Shown here: positions 1 to 6,404 of the stretch, piece after piece | Layout of the letters: each line of letters opens with the position of its first letter | Numbering within the stretch: the first letter of the stretch is position 1 | NCBI GenBank assembly: GCA_043819075.1 | Contig: JBDRFE010000030.1 | Coordinates: 1-15,393, forward strand | DNA: 15,393 nucleotides | Direction: 5' to 3' | Source: an archaeon | GTDB taxonomy: Archaea; Iainarchaeota; Iainarchaeia; Iainarchaeales; 1-14-0-10-31-34 | Notes under the pieces: model-generated | The model's database searches: none | Seen by the model: the letters and a program-made list of their open reading frames with translations, nothing else | What the model was told of the DNA's origin: nothing | Made by a program: the position numbers and the translations under genes

Positions 1-2
1 CT

Positions 3-239
3 TTTTTCAGAAAAGACTGCAGTTCAACTGAAAGATTAATGAAAGAAGTCCTGACTTTAAGCCCCGGACTGTATTACGCGCAAAACTATATTACTGCCTG
101 CCAGGAAGCCAAAATAAAAGGATTATATTCAGATGACTGGCTAAGCCAGATATGGCTTTTCCTGATAATAGCAGTTTTAGTTGCAGTGGCATACTATTTC
201 ATTAAAGTCAAAAAAATAACTATTACAGCAAAAAAGTAA
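3..239 (+). CDS. 3' end of a membrane-anchored hypothetical protein (5'-truncated by the window)
   Basis: The frame of the 39..239 ORF is open back to position 3 (FFRKDCSSTERLMKEV...). It ends in a hydrophobic helix (IWLFLIIAVLVAVAYYFI) followed by a basic tail. Confidence 0.6.
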   Translation, partial: FFRKDCSSTERLMKEVLTLSPGLYYAQNYITACQEAKIKGLYSDDWLSQIWLFLIIAVLVAVAYYFIKVKKITITAKK

Positions 240-256
240 AATAAAAAAAGAGGGCT

Positions 257-1567
257 TTAAGCCCTCTGCATTTGCTTGTATGCAGCCAAATCCAGCAAAC
301 CATGCCCTGAAAAATTAAAGGCAATAATTTTTTGTTGTTTTTCTTTTTTTGCCTTTAACGCACAGTCAATTGCTGCATTTATTGCATGAGCTGTTTCTGG
401 TGCAGGAATTATTCCTTCACTGTTGGCAAAAAGTCTTGCCGCTTCAAAAGTTTCTTTTTGGTTGTATGCAACTGCTTTCATAAAACCAAGCTTTTTCAGC
501 AGTGAAAGAGAAGGAGAATCCCCGTGATATCTTAGGCCTCCTGCATGAATTGGCTCTGGAATAAAGTCATAGCCCACAGTATACATTTTAATTAATGGAG
601 TCATTTTTCCTGTGTCGCCAAAATCATACCTGTATTCTCCTTTGGTTAGAGTTGGAACTGCTTTTGGTTCAACTGCAATCACTTCAAAGTCTTCTTTTCC
701 TTTTAGTTTGTCTTTCATAAAAGGATAAACCATTCCTGAAAAATTGCTTCCTCCTCCAACACAGCCAATTAATACATCAGGTTTTTTGTCAATTGATTCA
801 AACTGTTTGATTGTTTCCAAACCAATTATTGTCTGATGCATTAAAACATGGTTTAAGACAGAGCCAATAGAATAAAATGTTTTTTCGTTTGTTGCTGCTT
901 TTTCTATTGCCTCGCTTATTGCAATGCCTAAAGAACCATTAAAGTTCTTTTTTTCTTTCAGCAATTGTTTTCCAATATTAGTGTTTTCTGAAGGAGAAGC
1001 AAAAACTTTTGCCCCAAACAAATTCATTAAAATTTCCCTGTAAGGCTTCTGCAAAAAAGAACTTCTCACCATAAAGACTTCTGCTTTTAGTTCATTAAAC
1101 ATTGCTGCCAAAGAAACAGCTGAACCCCATTGCCCTGCACCGGTTTCAGTGGAAACATTTTCAAACCCCTGTTTTTTTCCATAATATGCTTGAGCTAAAG
1201 CAGTGTTTGGTTTATGCGAACCAACAGGGCTTAAGTCTTCTCTTTTATAATAGATTTCTATCCCTTTTGGAAGGGAAAGTTTTTTTTCCAGTCTTAAAGC
1301 CCTGTATAAAGGCCTTGGCCTGCCCAAAAAAATGTATTGCTCTCTTAATTCTTCTGGAATCCTGATAAAAGATTCTGAACTGAATTCCTGTTTAATGCAT
1401 TCTTTTGGAAACAAAACTTCAAAGTCTTGTGGCTTTACAGGCTGCATTGTGCCTGGATTCAAAGGAAAAGGAAGTTCTTCAGGCAAATCCGGAAGAATGT
1501 TGTAGTAATGTTTTGGCAAATCTTCAACAGGCAATTGGATGACGCCAAAGACTCCTCCCTTCCTCAA
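257..1567 (-). CDS. trpB: Tryptophan synthase beta chain, TrpB2 type (PLP enzyme). The true N-terminus probably comes from ATG 1601 via a +1 frameshift at 1550-1544.
   Basis: Motifs GSHKPNTA (PLP Lys), [41 protein letters not shown] and SGHGLLDL, plus the TrpB2-type N-terminal extension (YYNILPDLP). The in-frame TTG at 1567 has no ribosome-binding site. Confidence 0.95.
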   Translation of the reverse strand: MRKGGVFGVIQLPVEDLPKHYYNILPDLPEELPFPLNPGTMQPVKPQDFEVLFPKECIKQEFSSESFIRIPEELREQYIFLGRPRPLYRALRLEKKLSLPKGIEIYYKREDLSPVGSHKPNTALAQAYYGKKQGFENVSTETGAGQWGSAVSLAAMFNELKAEVFMVRSSFLQKPYREILMNLFGAKVFASPSENTNIGKQLLKEKKNFNGSLGIAISEAIEKAATNEKTFYSIGSVLNHVLMHQTIIGLETIKQFESIDKKPDVLIGCVGGGSNFSGMVYPFMKDKLKGKEDFEVIAVEPKAVPTLTKGEYRYDFGDTGKMTPLIKMYTVGYDFIPEPIHAGGLRYHGDSPSLSLLKKLGFMKAVAYNQKETFEAARLFANSEGIIPAPETAHAINAAIDCALKAKKEKQQKIIAFNFSGHGLLDLAAYKQMQRA

Positions 1568-1982
1568 AGTTTTTTGTTTTAATTTCTTTTATTTTGTTCA
1601 TTGTATTACCTCCTATTTTATAGTTTATCCTGAATAATTCAAGAACATGTTTTGTTGTTTTGCAGGGAAAAAGGTTTTCAATTAAAGCCCTTGAAATCAC
1701 ATCTGATTTTGTTGCACTGAACCCTTTTCTTCTGTTCAATAACTTTATTTCATCAGAAAAATAGTCAACCAAAAAACAGGGAATTTTTTTTATTCCAAGA
1801 AGCCTGAAAGCTTTTACCCTGTGATGGCCGTCAAGGATTGTAAGACTTGTTTTGTCTATTACCACAGGGAAAAAAAGAGTCTTGTTTTTTCTGATTGAAT
1901 TAATGATTTTTAAGAGCCTTGAAGGAATTATTTTTTCATGCGGTTTAAGAAGCGAGATTTCAATTAATTTTATTTTGTTCAA
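1524..1982 (-). CDS. ParB/Srx-fold protein, SerK/SbnI-like putative free-serine kinase
   Basis: LKPHE...RL...PVVID...ILDGHHR...LG..KIP...VDY is the ParB/Srx signature with the PHE glutamate of SerK/SbnI. It overlaps the trpB2 ORF by 44 nt. The TTG start lacks an RBS and directly follows a CTT TGG C site. Confidence 0.75.
   Translation of the reverse strand: MNKIKLIEISLLKPHEKIIPSRLLKIINSIRKNKTLFFPVVIDKTSLTILDGHHRVKAFRLLGIKKIPCFLVDYFSDEIKLLNRRKGFSATKSDVISRALIENLFPCKTTKHVLELFRINYKIGGNTMNKIKEIKTKNFEEGRSLWRHPIAC
1544..1613 (-). promoter_or_regulatory. Internal start (SD GGAGGT 1613-1608, ATG 1601) and prfB-like +1 frameshift cassette GGGAGG-AGT-CTT-TGG-C (1559-1544)
   Basis: Read directly from the minus strand. 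CTT (1550-1548) is in the frame of ATG 1601; TTT GGC (1549-1544) is in the TrpB2 frame. Confidence 0.75.
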
Positions 1983-2062
1983 GCCAAAGGCTTTCGCTGT
2001 TCTGGCAGCTCCCTTCAGAAAAAAATTTTTTTGAGCTATAATTAACTAAAACAGAATCAGAA

Positions 2063-2095
2063 TTAATTTTGCCAAAGTCGCTCAACTCTTTGCAT
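2063..2095 (-). CDS. Putative leader peptide MQRVERLWQN (10 aa) containing frameshift site 1 (CTT TGG C, 2077-2071)
   Basis: ATG CAA AGA GTT GAG CGA CTT TGG CAA AAT TAA; the ATG lies 23-30 nt downstream of a TATA box, consistent with a leaderless transcript. Confidence 0.65.
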   Translation of the reverse strand: MQRVERLWQN

Positions 2096-2117
2096 AAAAT
2101 AACTGGATAAAAAAAAG

Positions 2118-2125
2118 TATTTAAA
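2118..2125 (-). promoter_or_regulatory. Archaeal TATA box (TTTAAATA) for the leader/kinase/trpB2 transcript
   Basis: Consensus-like TATA at -30..-23 relative to ATG 2095. Confidence 0.55.
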
Positions 2126-2177
2126 GGCATTGCATGAAACAGCAGTTTTTTTAACAGGAAAAGCCTTTATTTTGAAC

Positions 2178-2654
2178 ATGAAAAATAAAAAAGAAAAAGG
2201 ACCGTTAGAAAAGTGGGCTGACTTCTTTTACTCAAACAACAAATTTTCATTCAAAAAACTGGCATTGATTTATTTTTTTCTCGTGATTTTAATTCTTTTA
2301 CAGGGCATAAATGACTGCGAAGAATCAATTAGTTTTTGTTTAACCCAAATAAAATTAACTCCCTTGTTTTTTGCAGTAGTTTTTGGCTTGCCTTTAATTG
2401 CATTGGCTCTCGCTTTCTTTCTGGTTTGGATTGAAAAAAACACTAAAATGAATCCTAAAATTTTTTTGGGAATAATTATTTTTATTCCAATGATAAGTCT
2501 TCTAATAGGCGGAACATTATACAGAATAATAAACAAGCAAGATCTCGCGGGAATTTTATTGTTGTGGGGAATTGTGCTGGTTTCGTTTGTAGCTGCATTT
2601 CTTTACATAAAAGTGCCTGAATTTATAAGAAAAAAATTCGGCAGAAAGCATTAG
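2178..2654 (+). CDS. Hypothetical membrane protein (about 4 TM helices)
   Basis: ORF 2130..2654 with four hydrophobic segments. ATG 2178 (MKNKKEK) is preferred over TTG 2130. Confidence 0.7.
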   Translation: MKNKKEKGPLEKWADFFYSNNKFSFKKLALIYFFLVILILLQGINDCEESISFCLTQIKLTPLFFAVVFGLPLIALALAFFLVWIEKNTKMNPKIFLGIIIFIPMISLLIGGTLYRIINKQDLAGILLLWGIVLVSFVAAFLYIKVPEFIRKKFGRKH

Positions 2655-2691
2655 TTTTTTTAACAACAAAAGCGTTAATATTGTTGATTAA

Positions 2692-3363
2692 ATGATTCCA
2701 GAAGACCAGATTGAAGCTTTAGTTGAAAAATATATTAAGCACGGGCAAACCATTGGAATCGGCTCAAGCGAATTAGGAGTAAAGTTTTTAAAAAAAATGG
2801 CTTTAAAAAAAGAAATTGAAAGCCTTGAATTAAAAATTGTTCCGACTTCAGCTGAAATGACTTTAATTTTAAAACAATTAAACTTGGAAATGGGTTCACT
2901 TGATGAAAAAGAAGTTGATGTAGCAATAGAGTTCGCTGATTTAGTTGACCACAGCTATAATTATGTTAAAAGGCAGTCAAAAAGTTTTGTCAGGGACAAA
3001 ATGATTGCACAAAGCGCTGAAACACTTATTATTGTAACAGAAAAAAAGAATTTTGTTTCAAGATTATTCGGGGTTGTGCCATTTGAAGTTTCTCCTTTCT
3101 GGTGGAAGAGAACTAAACTTCAGTTAGAAAGCATGGGTGCGGCAAAAGAAAGAAAAACAGGAGAAAGCTTAACTAAAACTGAATCAGGAAACTATATAAT
3201 TGATGTTTTAACTGATTCAATTCCTTCGCCGGAAGAATTTGAGTATCAGGCAAAAGAAATTCCCGGAGTACTAGAAACAGGATTGTTTGTAGGCTATGCA
3301 GACAGAATCATATTATACGATAAAGGCAAAATTGAAGTTAAAAGCAGAATAGGCAAAGAGTAA
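2692..3363 (+). CDS. rpiA: Ribose-5-phosphate isomerase A family protein with divergent active-site motifs
   Basis: Overall RpiA pattern: TIGIGS, IVPTS, DVAIEFADLVD, VPFEVSPF, TESGNYIID, IPGVLETGLF. Confidence 0.8.
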   Translation: MIPEDQIEALVEKYIKHGQTIGIGSSELGVKFLKKMALKKEIESLELKIVPTSAEMTLILKQLNLEMGSLDEKEVDVAIEFADLVDHSYNYVKRQSKSFVRDKMIAQSAETLIIVTEKKNFVSRLFGVVPFEVSPFWWKRTKLQLESMGAAKERKTGESLTKTESGNYIIDVLTDSIPSPEEFEYQAKEIPGVLETGLFVGYADRIILYDKGKIEVKSRIGKE

Positions 3364-3424
3364 TTTAATCTGCTTCTGTTATTCTTTAAATGCTTTCCAT
3401 AAAGAAATATTAAATCCAGTATTC

Positions 3425-3499
3425 GCCGGTGTAGCTCAGCCTGGTTAGAGCGTTTGACTCATAATCAAAAGGTCGAGGGTTCAAATCCCTCCACCGGCA
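3425..3499 (+). tRNA. tRNA-Met (CAT), elongator type, no intron, CCA not encoded
   Basis: Acceptor GCCGGTG/CACCGGC, anticodon arm TTTGA-CTCATAA-TCAAA, T arm GAGGG-TTCAAAT-CCCTC. Confidence 0.93.
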
Positions 3500-3634
3500 T
3501 ACTTTCTTTTATTTTTTAAAGGAAAGGTTTTGAGAAAGTTGTTCTTAGTTTTTAATGGAATTCTAACTTGATGCCATTTGAAATTATCTTTTAGATTGTT
3601 CATAAAGTTCAGTGGCAAGATACTCTCAAAAGCG

Positions 3635-3642
3635 TTTATAAA
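3635..3642 (+). promoter_or_regulatory. TATA box (TTTATAAA) with upstream purine-rich BRE for the LAGLIDADG gene/tRNA-Glu
   Basis: CAAAAGCG-TTTATAAA beginning 29 nt before ATG 3664. Confidence 0.55.
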
Positions 3643-3663
3643 TCACAAAATCAAGATTTCAAT

Positions 3664-4620
3664 ATGAAGTATGTTGAGAATTCTGAAAAAAGAATAAAAC
3701 TAATTAAAGGAAAACAAAAAGAGTTATTGCATGAAGCAAAGAGTAAAGCAAAATTTAGCTGGTCTGAATTAGCCGCATATCTTAACATTTCTAGCGGATA
3801 TCTTAGAAATGAGTTAAGAAAAGAAGTTTGGACGTTAAGAGAAGATTTATATAGAAAGTTAGTGAAGTTAGCAGGGCAAAACTATGATACTGAAATAGAA
3901 AAAATGCTTGAGAGCAACTGGGGGCAAATAAAAGGTGGCAAAAATAGTTATAGCCAGCCTAAAAAATCTAGGTTATTAATAACAGAACCTAATGAAACTC
4001 TCGCAGAATTAATTGGAATAATGCTTGGAGACGGCAACATGTATGAGATGAAAGAAAAAAGCATTTATCAAACAAGAGTATTTGGGCATAAGGTTGATGA
4101 TTGGGATTACATAACAAAATGGGTGAGTAATATATTTGAAAAGTTGTTTGACATTACTCCTCAAATTAATTACTTAAAAGACGTGCAAGTTGTAATACTA
4201 TTCAAACAAAGCAAACACTTAAATTTCACTTTAAAACATTTTGGACTGAAACCAGGAAACAAGGTGACAAACAACGCTTCAATACCTCAATGGGTTTTTG
4301 ATAACAAAAAATATCTTGAAGCTTGTATTAGGGGCCTTATAGACACTGATGGCAGTATATGCCCAAAAACAAAAAGACACAAAACACCTAGTATTTGGTT
4401 CTGCAATGCTTCTCCAAATATAAGAAGAGACTTTAATAAAGCCTTAAAAATTTTAGGATACAGTGTTTCTAAATGGGTGGTGAAGAAAAACAGAAACAGT
4501 CAAGACTGTTCAATAGGAAATGCTAATGCTGTGTGGAGATACTACAAAGAAATAGGATTTAGCAATCCAAAACATAAAAAAAGATTTGAAATGTTCTGGA
4601 AAAAAGCCCCGATGGTCTAG
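3664..4620 (+). CDS. Free-standing two-motif LAGLIDADG (DOD-type) homing endonuclease-like protein with N-terminal HTH-like region
   Basis: LAELIGIMLGDG and IRGLIDTDGS motifs; SWSELAAYLNISSGYL is HTH-like; C-terminal IGFSNPKH. The last 15 nt lie inside tRNA-Glu. Confidence 0.88.
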   Translation: MKYVENSEKRIKLIKGKQKELLHEAKSKAKFSWSELAAYLNISSGYLRNELRKEVWTLREDLYRKLVKLAGQNYDTEIEKMLESNWGQIKGGKNSYSQPKKSRLLITEPNETLAELIGIMLGDGNMYEMKEKSIYQTRVFGHKVDDWDYITKWVSNIFEKLFDITPQINYLKDVQVVILFKQSKHLNFTLKHFGLKPGNKVTNNASIPQWVFDNKKYLEACIRGLIDTDGSICPKTKRHKTPSIWFCNASPNIRRDFNKALKILGYSVSKWVVKKNRNSQDCSIGNANAVWRYYKEIGFSNPKHKKRFEMFWKKAPMV

Positions 4621-4680
4621 TTCGGTTAAGGATTCTGGCCTCTCAAGCCAGCGACGCGGGTTCAAATCCCGCTCGGGGCA
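4606..4680 (+). tRNA. tRNA-Glu (CTC)
   Basis: Acceptor GCCCCGA/TCGGGGC, anticodon arm CTGGC-CTCTCAA-GCCAG, T arm GCGGG-TTCAAAT-CCCGC. Confidence 0.95.
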
Positions 4681-4684
4681 TTTT

Positions 4685-4792
4685 CGCGATTTCGCTAGCC
4701 GATTTCGCTCGGCTGTCACGAGGCACGACATAAAGTCGTGCTAGCATGGCTTTACGCCATGCACAGATGTCAACTGGCTGGGCAGTTGCGCG
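4685..4792 (+). ncRNA. GC-rich four-hairpin element in the tRNA-Glu trailer, related to the tRNA-Thr intron
   Basis: Hairpins at 4696-4715, 4722-4742, 4744-4762 and 4771-4788. Segment 4722-4750 matches 9128-9156 at 23/29 nt with compensatory changes. Confidence 0.55.
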
Positions 4793-4797
4793 GCAGT

Positions 4798-5820
4798 TTA
4801 GCCAAAGCATCTGCAGCGCCCAGAAGTATTGCAGACTCCTAATGTTCTTCCCTGACTGACACAATAAGCATCACAACAGCCAGGGTCACATATTACAGGG
4901 CACTCTGTTTGTGGCAGGCAGCCGTAATCGCAGGTCCTGTCATGGCATAACTGCTCATTAACACAGTAATCTGCTCCCCATGAAGTACAAGAATCATCAA
5001 CGCATTGAGTTTGGACATCACAACCTAAACTGCAAGTTCTTGTCTGCTGTGTTTGATTTAAATCACAGCTTCCTCCGCCGCAGACACCATCAAGCCATGC
5101 AGTGCAAGAATCATTAACACATTGAGTTTGCGGGGCACAACCAAAATTGCATGTTCTAGTCTGGTATAATTGAATTGAACTGCAACCGTTTCCGCCGCAA
5201 GAATTATCTGCCCAAGCACTGCAAGAATCATCAATGCATTGTGATTCAATATCACAGCCAGCCGGATTACAGGATCTTGTCTGCTGCATTTGGTCAGAAG
5301 AACAGCTTCCTCCGCAAAAAACATTATTCCATGAACCGCAACTGCATGATGCAACTGAAGAAGGAAGAATTTTTCCTGCAATAGGTTTTTGTCCTGTAAA
5401 AATGTTTCCTGTAATAACACCAGAAGAATAAGTTAATTTTACTTCAAATTCATAGTTTTCTCCGCTTGAACCAGCAACCCCTGTTATACCTGAAACAGTC
5501 GCAATTTGCCCTGCAGGAATAATTACATCTGGTTGAACTCCAATGTCAATTCCATTAACAGTTATTTCAGTTAAAGTAATCGGCTTAGCGTCCAAATTTT
5601 GGACAACAAAAACTGCTTCAGTTGGTTCAGTTGTTATTTTCCATTCCTTTAATGAAAGAGGATAAGTTGTATTCCAGTAAATTTTGCTTTGGTTTTCGTT
5701 TATTCCAGTGGATAAACCTGAAACGCCTCCAAAAACCCCTACTACAACCAAAGCAATAACTATCAATAACCCAATTAAAACCAGGTATTCAACTGTCCCT
5801 TGCCCTTTAACTGAAAACAT
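4798..5820 (-). CDS. Class III signal peptide (archaeal type IV pilin-like) protein with Cys-rich TSP1-like repeats
   Basis: KG/QGTVEYLVLIGLLIVIALVVVG prepilin motif, followed by a beta-rich domain and C-x-x-W...C...QTRTC...C repeats. The start is ATG 5820 or 5835. Confidence 0.85.
   Translation of the reverse strand: MFSVKGQGTVEYLVLIGLLIVIALVVVGVFGGVSGLSTGINENQSKIYWNTTYPLSLKEWKITTEPTEAVFVVQNLDAKPITLTEITVNGIDIGVQPDVIIPAGQIATVSGITGVAGSSGENYEFEVKLTYSSGVITGNIFTGQKPIAGKILPSSVASCSCGSWNNVFCGGSCSSDQMQQTRSCNPAGCDIESQCIDDSCSAWADNSCGGNGCSSIQLYQTRTCNFGCAPQTQCVNDSCTAWLDGVCGGGSCDLNQTQQTRTCSLGCDVQTQCVDDSCTSWGADYCVNEQLCHDRTCDYGCLPQTECPVICDPGCCDAYCVSQGRTLGVCNTSGRCRCFG
4895..5345 (-). repeat. Intragenic degenerate tandem repeat, 117-nt (39-aa) unit, about 4 copies
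   Basis: CAAGAATCAT recurs at 4988, 5105 and 5222 (117-nt spacing), and the protein repeats are visible in the translation. Confidence 0.8.
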
Positions 5821-5869
5821 GCCTGAATATAACATAAAAGTTATTATTTAAAAGAGTTTATTCAATCTT

Positions 5870-5970
5870 GTCAAAAACCACCAGTCAGAGACTGGTGGTT
5901 TGTAACAGTGGTTTTTGACGTTACAAATTCCACTGAATTAAACCACTCATTAAAAATGAGTGGAATTTGT
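5870..5970. mobile_element. Nested palindromic element resembling the joined ends of an IS200/IS605-family element (non-autonomous remnant)
   Basis: Hairpin AAACCACCAGTC-AGA-GACTGGTGGTTT; GTCAAAAACCA/TGGTTTTTGAC inverted repeat; second hairpin CCACTCATT-AAA-AATGAGTGG. The family assignment is from recalled resemblance only. Confidence 0.45.
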
Positions 5971-5997
5971 TTAATTAAAATACAGAGGTGGTTTTAT

Positions 5998-6402
5998 TTG
6001 GATTTAAAAAAGTTTTTGCTTTCAGGAATTGCTGCAGGAATTGCAATTTGGATTATTAGCTTTGTTTTTGATTCATTGGTTTCAATAGCGTTTCCTTATA
6101 ATATTCTTGAATTAGGCGGAATGCGAAGCATTGAAGACCCTTTAATGCTGTTATTTTTCCTGAACCCATTTGTATTAAGTTTTGCAATGACAATAGTTTA
6201 TCCTTTCTTAAAGCTTGAAGGAAATTATTTAAGCAAAGGAAAAACTTTTGGATTATTGGTTTGGCTTGTAGCAGGAATTCCATCAGCGTTTATAGTTTAT
6301 ACTAGCATGACTTATCCAATCGGATTTACAATCAGCTCTTTCATCGGAAGTCTGCTTTACATGCTTGGAGCAGGAATAGTTATTGCAAAATTCATGGAAT
6401 AA
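5998..6402 (+). CDS. Small 4-TM membrane protein (DUF1761-like)
   Basis: SD GAGGTG (5985-5990) precedes in-frame TTG 5998; four hydrophobic helices. The 5908 start would run through the palindromic element. Confidence 0.75.
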   Translation: MDLKKFLLSGIAAGIAIWIISFVFDSLVSIAFPYNILELGGMRSIEDPLMLLFFLNPFVLSFAMTIVYPFLKLEGNYLSKGKTFGLLVWLVAGIPSAFIVYTSMTYPIGFTISSFIGSLLYMLGAGIVIAKFME

Positions 6403-6404
6403 AT

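Noticed and set aside
1107..1113. Other CTTTGGC heptamers (minus strand 1107, 4801, 6688, 6715; plus strand 10304)
   Set aside because: They are out of frame (read as TCT/GCT TTG GCN or TTT GGC) or non-coding. The heptamer alone is not rare; only the in-frame chain is evidence.
1524..1601. trpB2 5' end explained as a sequencing indel in the A-run near 1570-1582, or as a pseudogene
   Set aside because: One indel would not explain three identical CTT-TGG-C sites each lying at a +1 frame junction, and the enzyme body is intact. Not fully excluded without reads.
1983..2095. Classical trp attenuator (leader peptide plus terminator/antiterminator)
   Set aside because: Only one Trp codon and no convincing alternative GC-rich hairpins; frame continuity fits frameshifting better.
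3425..3499. tRNA-Ile2 (CAT) or initiator tRNA-Met
   Set aside because: The GCC-start acceptor stem, with no A1-U72 pair and no GGG/CCC anticodon stem, fits elongator Met.
4510..4864. ORFs 4510..4731 and 4643..4864 (minus)
   Set aside because: Antisense to tRNA-Glu and the GC-rich hairpin element; no protein features.
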